Below are positions 12,340 to 24,218 of a DNA stretch of 64,000 bases, in pieces. The DNA comes from Nitrospirales bacterium (GTDB lineage: Bacteria > Nitrospirota > Nitrospiria > Nitrospirales > UBA8639). Position 1 is the first letter of the stretch. Every line of letters begins with the position of its first letter. Under the pieces are notes generated by a model. It had not been told where the DNA came from. It saw nothing but the letters and a program-made list of their open reading frames with translations, and searched no databases. The position numbers were made by a program, and so were the translations under genes. The stretch lies in NCBI GenBank assembly GCA_965203295.1, contig CBDBCZ010000016.1, positions 1,024,001 through 1,088,000 on the forward strand. The letters run 5' to 3'.

Positions 12340-14943
12340 GACACTGCTACATACACCTGTAATTCTGGGTTTGAGTTGATCGGAGGTGATACCACAACCT
12401 GCACAGTGAGTGTGAACTCTTCATCATTCCTACCTGCACCGCCATCTTGCAGGCGTGAATGACTCCCTGGAGTGGGTACATGCCATTATTGTAGTTGCAT
12501 GTGTCAATCATAACACTATGTCCTTGCTTTACAGAGTAGAGCTAACTTGGCATTTATGCATACCCTAGTGCAGCTTCCATGCTATGTTTCCAGATCAATT
12601 AGCTTGTGTACAAAAATAGGTTCCATCTTGTTATAATTCCAGAACCGCATAAGTTTGTTTCTAATCTCTAATGAGAGTGTGTAACCACAATACTAAGTGT
12701 ACGTAGGTCCATTACATTGTCCGTGTTTATGAGATATAGTGCACTTAAGCTTGGCTATCCATTAACTAAAATTTGCATGAATCTTGCTCTATTGACATTG
12801 CCTATAGCATGGTGACTTTCATTGGCAACTCCAACCACAACATGCATGATAATTGATACAAGCCGTGCAGTATTTCAACCAATGCCACCACGGTCTTGCA
12901 GGTGTGAGTACACTGGATGAGTGTAAACTACCCTGGAATGCTAGTACATGTAGCATTGTTTGATTGCGTGGGTCAGTGGTATATGTGTTCACAGAAGTGC
13001 CTCCAGTGCATTTATGTACATATATAGAGCATGGAATGAAACTTTGTGTTACATAGTACATACTAGATATGTGGAGGCAATATTAAATTATTTCTGAGTG
13101 GATCTCCAATAAACCCATGGTCACTAGGCCAGGGCTTACTAGTTCGAAGGATGCTGTAGTGATTCTGACAAGAGAAGCCAGAGCTGTGAGAAGCATCAAG
13201 AAATTCAGGTCTAGATCTTGTAGTACAGAGCTCAGTAAAACCTCAAAAGGTCACTGTGCCGGAATCCCACTAACTAGCATCAACATACAAAATTTCCGAA
13301 CACAAAATACCAGCTACAAGTGATAAAACACAGTAACTTTAGCAATTTCTTCAATCCACAAGCCAGTGCATACATCATAGGCTGTGTTTTAATCGCTTAG
13401 TAAAAACATTGACTCTAAAAGCAAATTTGCATAGCTACATATCAATTGTTACTGCATGTGTAAGCATATTGTGTTATACATTTGCTGCATTCTAATCTTT
13501 CCATGCTTAAAACACACTCACAATTCTGAATTGTTATATTTCTCAACAAAACACGGCCTATATTATATTGGTTAACTAAATGTGTTCACATGCACTAATT
13601 TTCTGAATGAGAACACACATTAACTCACATGAATTTTGCTCTGCAGCACTGTGTCCTGATCCGGTTAACATTGACAATGGAAATGTGACAATCACTGGCA
13701 ACTCCGTTAATGACACTGCTACCTTCACCTGCGATCAAGGCTTCGAGTTGATTGGTAGTGCAAGCACGACTTGTACATTAGTGAACTCATACTCTGCAGC
13801 ATTTTCACCACATCAACCATTTTACAGCCGTGGGTTCTGCATGAATATAGCTAGATACTTGCATACATGTAAAAAGTAAAGGCTTAATCTCATTGCCATA
13901 TATAGTACAGTGTCTTGTACCACGATGGGTATAGATCGAGCTCAAAGGCACCCACAGTGTAATATAAGTTGCGAATCCGTGCACAGAGTGCAATTTTACA
14001 TCATTCTTTACATATGTAGTAAAAGCAATACACCAGATGGACAAATGAGTTATGCAGAGAATGTGTAAATTATACATCACCAGTTTTCTACAGTCAGGGT
14101 CTCTAGACTGACGCCTTACACTAAACTATAACTCTTCACTGATATTGATTGCTGGGTTAACATGCATCATTAATCTGCTGATAGAGCAGTAATGGAAAAC
14201 ACCATACAGCTCAATAACGGTAGTTAAGTAGTTGCCAGTGCCTTTCTATAGCTCAAATTCAGGTGCATACTAAGACTGTGTGAGAGCCATGGTGCTGTTT
14301 GGATATCATCTCATAGGAATTCAGTGATCACCTAAAAAGCCAGTGGTTTGTTTTAGGTACATTGGCCTGGAACGTTGCAGGTACACAGTACAAACTGTGG
14401 TTTAGTTTTGCTCATTTCCTGTCTCTCAACGCAGGTTTGTCAAGTACTTCCTTTCCTATATGTATACTTTTTTTTTGAAATATCCTTTCCCCCTTTATGA
14501 CCCCTTACGAGTTTTTTTTTTTTAGTGATTGAGGCTTAACTTGCATTTATTCGTTTGGTTGTGTTAGGCATCATTGTTTGTGATGAGCTCCCTGAAATAA
14601 GAGTCAGGCTGCAAAATGTAAGTGTACTCCATTGACTCACAGTGATGGCTTGCGTAACACATACATAAGATAAAAAAGCATTCTGAGTAGCTAACTTCAA
14701 ACCTTTCCTCATGCAGGATAATCTCACTGGTGAAGACCTTGAAGACATTCTTGAAGAATTGGCTACAGTTATTGATTTAGCTGATGAGCGAGATCAGCAA
14801 ACCACTGAAAGCCTACAAGTGGTAACCTTGCATGGCCGTCAACAGAATTGCACCATTGAGTGGCCCAGAGTTTATTATTGAGGAGCAGGTACATCTAGAC
14901 CCAACCATCTCAGCATGTTTAGAGACATTCACGGCCTTTCCAG

Positions 14944-15003
14944 TAGCCTAGTGGTAGAAATGCTTGAATTGCAGAGCTGAGAGGCTGGGTTCAATCCCAA
15001 CCG
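14944..15003 (+). repeat. Degenerate tRNA-derived sequence (SINE head or tRNA pseudogene) in an aGPCR intron
   Basis: A-box-like TAGCCTAGTGGTAG and B-box GGGTTCAATCCC at tRNA-like spacing; no intact acceptor or anticodon stem. Confidence 0.45.
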
Positions 15004-15951
15004 CAAACACTTTTATTCTTAGTTTGAGTCCAGTTCTTTTCTCGCTAGCTTGAGTCTGACCTTTATCTTCATGTGTTCATTTCACATATTTGGACTGCAC
15101 TGGCTTTATTTAGAATGGGCTATCTCTGTAGCTCCTATGCTTTGATAATGAGTGGAAAGCGTAACGTGTTAGTGTAGTGTAGAACTGAGAAATGAGCCAA
15201 CGTGACAAGTCTACCACATCTTTTATGTTACAGACATGATGGTATCAGTATAGTATGTACATGCAGATCTTATCTTCATGATAAGCATGCATGGCATACT
15301 ATTAGATACGTGATCAGCCTAATGGCTATATCATGATAGCACTGGCCAGGTCATGGTTCAGTATAGCAGCATCTTTCATTCTTGCACCCACATTCCTTTC
15401 ACTAGCCATGCTTACACTTGGCCGGTTGGTGCTTGCCCGATTTCTTAGTAACTGCAATGCATCGTATGTTTTTATGTATTAGAGGCTATCTGTACTTATT
15501 ATCTATCACTGTTTTCACCATAGACTGTGATTGATGCTCTTGCATTAGTGGATTTTACTCTGCGCTTGCCAGAAGATGTTGTATCAGAAGAAGGGTCTGA
15601 GTAAGTTACGTTAACTAGATTAGAAGGATGTTTGAATTTATGATGATGCAAGTATTCTATTACTGCAGACTAATTTTCAACCTTGAAAGAATACTCATTA
15701 GTTTAGTACGGCAAGAAGACTTCACCAACCTTACATCATCTCAGGAAAACATCATTTTAATAGCAGAGAGGGTATGCGGGCGTGTATGCATGCATGTACT
15801 AACTGTCGAATATTTTATTCCTTCCTCTTTTTTAAAAAATTAGGTTGAAAGGTCACTCCTTCAGTCTAATGGAAGACGGTTTAATGTCTCAGAAGATATT
15901 CAAGGTACAGCACATTATATTATTAGCAGGACATCTGCATGAAGCATATAA

Positions 15952-16338
15952 GTAATATTTAGATACCAGTTGGCAGTGCATTACGTGATATAGTAGCGCG
16001 CGAGGACAATTAAGTAACGGTCGAGGGCGGATAATGCACGAGCCGAAGGCGAGTGCATTATCCGCCCGAGACCGTTACTTAATTGTCCGAGCGCGCTACT
16101 ATATCACGTAATGCACTGCCAACTGGTATCTAAAGTATTTAGTTCACTCACTGACCTGAGACAGCCACGGTTCTGCTGGGCGTTATTTAGAAAAGTGTGC
16201 ACTAATTTTGTTAATGCACACTTAAGTGTGCATTAACAACTTAGTGCACACTTAAGTGTGCATTAAGCGATTTAACGTGCGGTCATGTGATCGAGTTTGA
16301 GACTTCTGATTCGTCGAAGGTCACGTGAGTAGCACTAA
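15952..16338 (+). mobile_element. Double-hairpin element, family B, copy 1
   Basis: Starts GTAATA. 87-bp arms 15958-16044 / 16048-16134 are perfect except for three GA/GA mismatches; GAA loop at 16045-16047. Tail ends ..GTAGCACTAA. Near-identical to 23827-24218. Confidence 0.9.
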
Positions 16339-19091
16339 CATGATTTATGTATGACATTGTATTCTTATCATTCATTGTACAGGGATTTTGCGCTCCACAA
16401 CTGGAGATTTCATTAACACGACACTCGCCTCAGAAGAGATTGCTTTTGCCTTGCTGCCTCCCTCCCTGTTTGGAGCTCTTTCTGATGCTGAAATTGGACT
16501 ATTCTTCTTATTGTATAGAATTTCATTATTATTACCAGTCAGGGTTGACATGCCAAGTACAAACACAAGTGGTATTATAACCAGAATAGGCTCTCCCATA
16601 GTTTCTGCTACAGTGGTTACAGCTGATCAAGCTTCATTCTCTGACCTGATAGAACCGGTCACGATTGGTGTACGGCTTGACCCAGTCACGGAAGGGGTGA
16701 GTGGTGTGAAGTTTAGTTGCCAAGTACCTCAAGCCTTATGCCTTTGTTGTTTCATTGCAGAATATTACACGTTGCACATGTGTGTCTTGGGATTTCAGCC
16801 TTGCAGGTAATATATATGTCTCATCGAACCTCTGCTAGTTCATGTACTATAATTCATAGTGGTACATAAAGTCAGTTTATTTTTTCTCTCAGATGGACGT
16901 GGTAACTGGACTTCTGATGGGTGTGAGACGGTGAAGGGTGATGATCCATATGTAGTTACTTGCCGTTGTGACCATATAACAAACTTTGCTGTCCTGGTGG
17001 TGAAGTAGAGTTAGTATTTCACATACTCCTATTGTACCCAGCACTTCTTTGTTTATTGACTGTTTAAGGTGTAGAGTTAGTCACAGTTGCTGATGTAAAC
17101 AACAAGTAAAAATACCTCACTTGTAATGTCAAGGACACTTCCTATACATACTGACGCCAAATATGGCAAGCAACAACAAGATTGTAATATTAGCTATTAT
17201 AACAGCTTGTACGCAACTAGGTGTATGTGGTAGTAAGTAACTGCAATAGCTAGCTTAAATAAGCATATTGATTATCACATGGACTTCTGGCCCCTCTAAT
17301 TGACATTGTATTGGCTACTATACTATTAAACTATTACTTTGTAACAGCACACCCTATCAATAACAGTGACTAACCTGTGACATTGAGGATCCTCTTTTTA
17401 CACTGTAGGATATTTGTACAAGGGTAGAGGGTTGCAGCCAACTGTCTGCTGAAGCTGAGCTGGCATTGGATATCATCTCCATCATTGGAGTTGTCCTATC
17501 TCTGATAGGCCTCGTATTGACTATCACCACACTCCTTGCATTCAAGTCAGTGTACGTTAGCATGAGTAGCCAATTTGTTCACTTGTCATTTCTCTCTTTC
17601 TCAGGACTTTACGTAAACGTGAGGCTACCAAGTTTCATGTTCAGCTCTGCATCGTGATTCTTTGGTGTTTGTAATTGGCATCGATCGAGTCCCACCTTCT
17701 CATCTCTATGGAGGCTGTGTGGCAGTGTCGGCCCTAATCCAGTACTTCACTCTGGCAGCATTCATGTGGATGGGAGCAGAGGCCCTGCAAATGTTTGCAA
17801 AGCTAGTAATTGTACATGTCCATATCACTGTGAGACACATCATTGCTACCTCAATTATCTGTTGGAGTAAGTCATTTCACTAGTATTACATTTGCAAGCC
17901 CTTATCGCTTCAGTTAAGTCCAGTGGACCTTTGCTATTGGATTCTGTTTTAAAATTCTATCATAGCTACAGCCCTAAAAAAAAGTTCTTACAAGAAGTCT
18001 CTTCATTACCGGTGGACATAATACTAAATGAACCAACACATTTATTCTCTACAGCCTTGCCTATTGTGGCTGTAGTTGTGCCACTGGGAATCGACCGAGA
18101 CTTCATGCTGGGATTTAATGATAACTCCACCGAAGTGAGATTGTGAGTACTGCATGTCTGCTGCGTGTGCAGTAATGTCGTACTATAATAGTATCTCTCC
18201 TATTCAATGGGTAGTCACTTGCATACTTCCCATAAAAATGTTTACAAATGGGATCAAGATTTTTAATTGGCAAAAATTGTCCTTGATTGTTGATGCATTG
18301 ATATTTGCTGTTCGGATTTTATCCTGATCTGTTGATTGTCTCCCAAATAGTACTTTGATTGTTTGATTCCATTTGATGTCATGTTTGCAAACGTTCCTAC
18401 AGGCAGCGCTTAACTACCCCATGCCATTACCCATTCATAGTTGAATATGACATTTATCTTATTACACTGTAGCTGCTTCATTGGAGATATTCAAGTGTTG
18501 TTTGGAGCCTTCATTGGACCCATTGCTGCCATTCTGATATTCAATTCCATAGTGTTTGTAATTGTAGCCAAAACTGCCATCAAGCACAGAAGAAAAGAAT
18601 CTGCCAAAGGAACAACCACAATAATTGGTTTTATTTTGAGACTGATTGGAGTCACATTTCTGCTAGGACTGACATGGGTATTTGGCGGCCTGACTGTCGT
18701 GAGTGAAACCTCACTGGCTTTTCAAATCCTTTTCGCTATATTCAATTCTTCCCAAGGCTTCTTTCTCTTTGTGTTCTTCTGTGTGCTTAACAAAGACGCA
18801 AGACAGTCATGGAAAAGGATTTTGTTTCGTGACCGTTACAAGTAACCTCCACCATCATCAGCGCAGCGTACGTCGCACACCAAGGACAGATATCCACAGA
18901 TTTCATCTCGTGACACGAGATCGACCTCACAAGGTGGAACTCTCAGGAATACTGTTCTGGGAGAGCAATCGATGACTCAGATTCCTACTGATGCTGAGAT
19001 GAGTGCAATCGGAGATGTATATGAGAATCCTGTAGCAGAGAACTCAACCAGAGAGGAAGTGTGGGTGATGGAATTGCTCCTGATCATATTT

Positions 19092-21495
19092 GTAACAAGA
19101 AAATGAAAAAAATTCAAAATAATTTAAAAAGATGTAGGGATGGAGTGCCAAAAAGCAAGAAAACAAGGGTAGGGATAGCATGAACGCAACATACACAGCC
19201 CCATCCCTACATCTTTTTCACATGTCACTGCAACCGTAGTGTTGCGATATTATTGTGTCATACCCATTTAACCAGTGACTCCAACTTGCACAGGCCAACC
19301 CTCTTTGCACGGTTTGCTGATATATATCACAGCTACATGCATGTATATATACCAGTTGAACCAGTAAATTGTATCATTTCTGAAGTATAATTATGCCTAT
19401 GTTGTATGTTATATTGATACATATTTTTTTAAGTGGGGTACTAATGAGGATGTACACACTGTGTGCATGTTTGCATGTATATACATTGTACAGTGTGTTT
19501 ATACAAGCAAACATACACACAGTGTATATTCATGCAGGCTTATTAGTACTCGGAATGTAATTTCAGCCCATGATTGTACATAGATTCTGAAATGCAGGAG
19601 CTACTGTTTGGTGTGTCTCGTACAAAAGTATGTCTGGGTACTAAGGAGGCTGGAAATAAGCTGAAAATTACATACACAGCTTAAATTTCAATACACATCC
19701 ATGGCCACCCCCTTCTCAGTGCTGCCTACAGGAAGGACCATTAAGAATTAATTAGGCCATCATTGCAGTTGACATGTGAAAAAGATGTAGGGATGGGGCT
19801 GTGTATGTTGCGTTCATGCTATCCCTACCCTTGTTTTCTTGCTTTTTGGCACTCCATCCCTACATCTTTTTAAATTATTTTGAATTTTTTTCATTTTCTT
19901 GTTTCTGTGGGGTTTTTTTTAATGCTTGTTAAAATCAGTAATAAATAATTCATAGTATAACATTAAATACAAGTTATAATTATACCAGTTGATGAAATAA
20001 GTTGTTACATGACAGGTACTCCATCCCTAAAGGTCCTTCTTTAATTTTTCTGTTTGTAGATTATTTTTGGTTGTCATAGTATAGATCAGGGTTTTATACA
20101 GGAATTTTTCTTTGTGGGGGGGGGGGGGGCAAGGGGCTTTTGTTTTGAACACCAGACATCATTCTAAGGAGATCTAGGGGCATCTCCCTCCCCCTAAAAA
20201 AACCTCCACCTCTATTTGGAACTCTATCTTAAGATGCATAACGAGCCGACCGCACTGCCAAAGGTAAAGACAATAGATAGCAAGTAAGAAAAAGCAGTTC
20301 ATGGTACCTGAAAACGCAGACAGAAAGTTTCCGAGACAGAGGTAAATTTCGGCGTGTTATCCTGGACACCCCAACTTGTGAATTTTTCTTAGGAATACAG
20401 GTAAGTCTAGAGTAGCAATCTCACGGGCCAGACTCACTCGTGGGGAGGAGTGAGTCTGGACACTATGGACAGCATTCTGTGCCCTGGAAGAAAATGATTA
20501 TTCCAGACTGGTCGCGTGTAAAGAATGCAGAATTAATAACTAATACTAACCGCACAGCAGCGATCAGCTTGCTATGGCAATGCCTCGACCACAATTTTCT
20601 GTTTGGGCATTAGTTGTAAATAGCTGAACTTCTATCCAGCAGAAGAAATGCCATTTACTCTCATGTTGCGGTAATCACTTTTAGTCTTGTAGTTGACATG
20701 GAAGCTCTCAGACTCACTCCTCCCCCAAGTGAGTCTGGACCATGAGAATGCTTCATACCAAGGCTTTCCTTGGCTAGAATTATTTGAGTGAGGTACGGAG
20801 GCTTTCTCACCCAGTGAAGATGTAGCCAGCCTAGCTCTATGCGTCCATACTCTATTTAGCGCACATACGCAGTTGGGCTAGCTGTCTTCATATTGACGCG
20901 AGTAAGTTCTTATAATAGCTACTCACCTTGGTAAAAAGGTAAAAAATAATTATTCCAGCCGCATGAATAAGTTCACTGATCCAGTTGCCGAAGTAAAACA
21001 CTCCAGTGAAACAAAGCACACGATGACGATCTCTGGTTGCCAAGTGCATGTCATGTGACAATCTCCGCGCATGCGTACAAATAATAAAATGGCGTAAAAC
21101 TGGACTGCAGAGCTCGTGAGAGCGCACTGTATATCACGTTCGAGAATCGGTTTGATCGCTATGAAGATTATGTTGTCGTGGACCTGCGCGCTCGAAAATG
21201 AAGATCTTTCGCGCTACAATCACGGCAATCACTTGAACCAATTTTGAGCTAGCCTCGTTGAAGAATAATAATAATAAGAAGAAACCAGAATTAGAACGTG
21301 AACAAACTGGTAGTTAGCCAGCTTCCAGTTTTCTACTTTAGCGAAGCTTTTTGGCAACTTTGTGAGCCTTGTTGGTTGCAGAAACCCCCGAAAATGAAGG
21401 TTAGATACCTATAAAAGTTTAAAGCTTATTTTTTGCAGAGATTTGGAAACATTGATTTTATATTGCGTATATGGAGTGTCCGTGCCATCCCTACA
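19092..21495. mobile_element. Composite repeat insertion in the last aGPCR exon, with a ~135-bp near-perfect inverted repeat (19094-19232 / 19764-19903) and TGTAGGGATGG/CCATCCCTACA motifs
   Basis: Arms are directly visible. The interior matches 660-1095. A nested MITE with CCAGACTCACTC/GAGTGAGTCTGG repeats lies at ~20416-20750, and the right end has CCATCCCTACA at ~21485. Confidence 0.6.
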
Positions 21496-22055
21496 TAGAG
21501 AGTCTACCGACTCTCTGATGATGCTGAGATGGATACAATCGGAGATGTGTATGAGAATCCAGTCATAGAGCTCTCAGTTAGAAAGGAAAATGTGGGTGAT
21601 GGATTTACTTCAGAAGGAGCTGACCATATTTCTACTTGCTCTCAAGTCGTTGAAATCTCTTTTATTGTGGAGAGCCCTGAAGTCTCAGCCAGAGATACTA
21701 GTTCAGAGAGTGAGGCTGATGGAATTACAGTGCCATGTTGAGAATCTTCATGCTGATCACAGTGACCCCTCTATCAAGCATGAGCAAGGTACCTGCAGTC
21801 CTTCGGATTAACTATTCCATACTGAGACCCTCGATTTGGTGTTGTGAACTATACAGAGCGAATAAGGCAGTTAGTTCAACATACTGTTCCTTTTTATTAA
21901 TGTGGTGCCAGTATAGCTACATCATATTAAATGTTTTGTATTGTACATGTAGGTAATTGTAAATTGCAGTTGTGCTGTAACACAGAAAACAATTAGGCGT
22001 GTGGAGTGGGCTCTGACTTATCACCAAGACTGCAATCTCTTCACAGTGTGTTTAA

Positions 22056-22963
22056 GGTAGGAAGAGCCTCACCTGGAATCCACAATTCAAATGGACGGCT
22101 ATGTTGATAACATGAAAGTCTACCTCGAATTGACGAAAATTTTTGCATCTAACCACACCTCCTGCTAAATAATCCACAAAAACGCAATTTCGGGTTGCTT
22201 TAAAATACAAGAAATTTTGGAATCTGCTAGAGCCCCACCCACAGTCTGGCAACAACACCAGCACCTACAGAGGACAGGCTACAAACGTAGGGATGCTTTT
22301 TCACAGGAATGCTTCAAAGCCAGTTTTACAGCCCTGAACGCATCCAACCACCCCAAAACCCTCATTTTCGCTATCCTGACTTTCAAAAAAAATTCGGCAA
22401 CCGCCCACGCTCACCCGACGAATTCGAGCCCTGCATTACAAACTTCAACCCACTCCCACAAAAATTAGGGATGCGATTTTTCATTCACCCCTCGGTTTCT
22501 GAGAACCACCCACCAAAGCTCTCCCTATAAATCTCCACAGATTTTCACACAACTAGCTATTCGAGCTCATTAGGAAAAATGGGCGGGGCCTACAGACCCG
22601 AAAGGTGACTATTCTAGCCTACCTGAGATGGGCAACAACCTGCCACTATCCGTCTGTCTGGCTGACTTCTAGCCACTCGGGCAGCCTAACAAACTTTCTA
22701 CAACACACTAGCTAGCTATTCTGACATAAAAAGCCTACTCACAATTCTATGATGTCCCGCTCAACCACATCAAAGTGCCGATATCGCATATGAAAGAGCC
22801 GCTATCCACATCAAAGTGACACACCCCTCCTGTTGATTCCGGTTGCCGCCATGGGAAAATGCAAACATATCAATGAATCTAATTAGCGCCACGTGAGTGA
22901 CGTCATCTCATTAATTATTCATGAGGAGAATCACGCGGATTCGAAGGTGAGGCTCTTCTTACC
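22056..22963. mobile_element. Non-autonomous Kolobok-like DNA transposon
   Basis: TTAA on both sides (22052-22055, 22964-22967). TIR GGTAGGAAGAGCCTCACCT-GGAATCC / GGATTCGAAGGTGAGGCTCTTCTTACC, with GG..CC termini. Confidence 0.75.
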
Positions 22964-22978
22964 TTAACGCTACCTGTA

Positions 22979-23479
22979 ACAAGTCTGACATTTCATGCCT
23001 AAAAACCAGCCGGGCACCTTTCCTGTACATTACAATAAGTTACACACAACTCAGCTTTGGCCAAGTTAACTGCAGCTGTAGAACTACGAATTATAGTAAC
23101 TATACTACAGTATAGTCACGTTCCCAGACCTACATGTACAAATCATATATTATAGGCGCTAACGCAGTACAGCGAAAGAGCTGACTCAGCAGTTTCGTCG
23201 TGCGCTTCTAGTTAGCAGCTATACGCCACCAAAACAAGATTTTTACGGCTGCCTACCAAGTTTTCGCCATCTAGGCAACTCACAACTACCTTCGCTTGCT
23301 TAGCTTGGCCTGAAAACCTCCAAAAGCTGCTATACACTGCAGTTGCATAGTAACGTCCGACGTAACATATTGCGCACGTGATAAGTGAGGACGCACAGAC
23401 AAACAGACAGACAAACGCGGAAAACGTAAAGCAATCTTAGGACCAGCCGTTCGCGCGCTGCGCACGCTCCGGCTGGTAA
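22979..23479 (-). mobile_element. DINE-1/HINE-like (non-autonomous Helentron-type) repeat, copy 1
   Basis: Subterminal inverted repeats ACCAGCCGG / CCGGCTGGT, a GC hairpin near one end and a (GTCT/GTTT)n microsatellite. Homologous to 40397-40897 and 53961-54421. Confidence 0.7.
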
Positions 23480-23826
23480 AAAGGAAGCTATTAGTAAAAC
23501 GGGGAGAGAAGCTAGGCCTGATCGATTTTATCACGTGCGCAACCGCAGGGTAGACGTCAGGTAGACGTCAATTGTGCGAGGATCGTAAGCAACGTGCCCA
23601 CGCAAAGAGCCACGTGTTACATGTAGCTAGTATATACTGGCCCGTCTGCGCGGAAAAGGGAGCTGTACATGGCGCATTAAGTCAAGACTACTGTTTTTCG
23701 GGCTATTCCTACTACGAAGAGGCCGAGATTGCATCAATGGCTGATGTATCGAGCGCAAGGACGGCTCAAGTCTGCCGGTAAACACACTTAGTTGCGAGTA
23801 TTAAAAGTTTCAGATTGACAGTTTAA

Positions 23827-24218
23827 GTAATATTTAGATACATGTACCAGTTGGCAGTGCATTACGTGATATAGTAGCGCGCGAGGACAATTAAGTAACG
23901 GTCGAGGGCGGATAATGCACGAGCCGAAGGCGAGTGCATTATCCGCCCGAGACCGTTACTTAATTGTCCGAGCGCGCTACTATATCACGTAATGCACTGC
24001 CAACTGTATCTAAAGTATTTAGTTCACTCACTGACCTGAGACAGCCACGGTTCTGTTGGGCGTTATTTAGAAAAGTGTGCACTAATTTTGTTAATGCACA
24101 CTTAAGTGTGCATTAACAACTTAGTGCACACTTAAGTGTGCATTAAGCGATTTAACGTGCGGTCATGTGATCGAGTTTGAGACTTCTGATTCGTCGAAGG
24201 TCACGTGAGTAGCACTAA
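23827..24218 (+). mobile_element. Double-hairpin element, family B, copy 2
   Basis: Same sequence as 15952-16338 apart from a CATGTA insertion at 23841-23846 and a few point differences. Boundaries are defined by where the flanks diverge. Confidence 0.9.

Larger units (their letters stand above)
12340..21741 (+). pseudogene. Adhesion GPCR (Sushi/CCP repeats - GAIN/GPS - secretin-type 7TM), apparently disrupted
   Basis: Exons: 12340-12454 (partial Sushi), 13647-13829 (Sushi), 14568-14617, 14717-14888, 15524-15600, 15669-15771, 15844-15904, 16383-16696, 16761-16806 (CVSWDF), 16893-16999 (GNWTSDGC..CRCDHITNFAVLV, GPS), 17409-17545 (TM1), 17605-17866, 18055-18142, 18473-~19090, tail continuing ~21500-21741. 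7TM motifs YFTLAAFMWMGAEA, FLLGLTWVFG, FNSSQGFFLF. Frameshifts in 14717-14888, near 17655 and near 18843. Confidence 0.85.

Noticed and set aside
14944..15003. Functional tRNA gene
   Set aside because: Pol III boxes are present but the cloverleaf stems do not pair.
15958..16134. Hairpins as pre-miRNA/ncRNA, terminators or bacterial REP contamination
   Set aside because: They are dispersed, occur in either orientation within eukaryotic introns and intergenic DNA, and have sharp insertion boundaries. The GAA triloop with sheared GA pairs fits DNA folding. An RNA role is not formally excluded.
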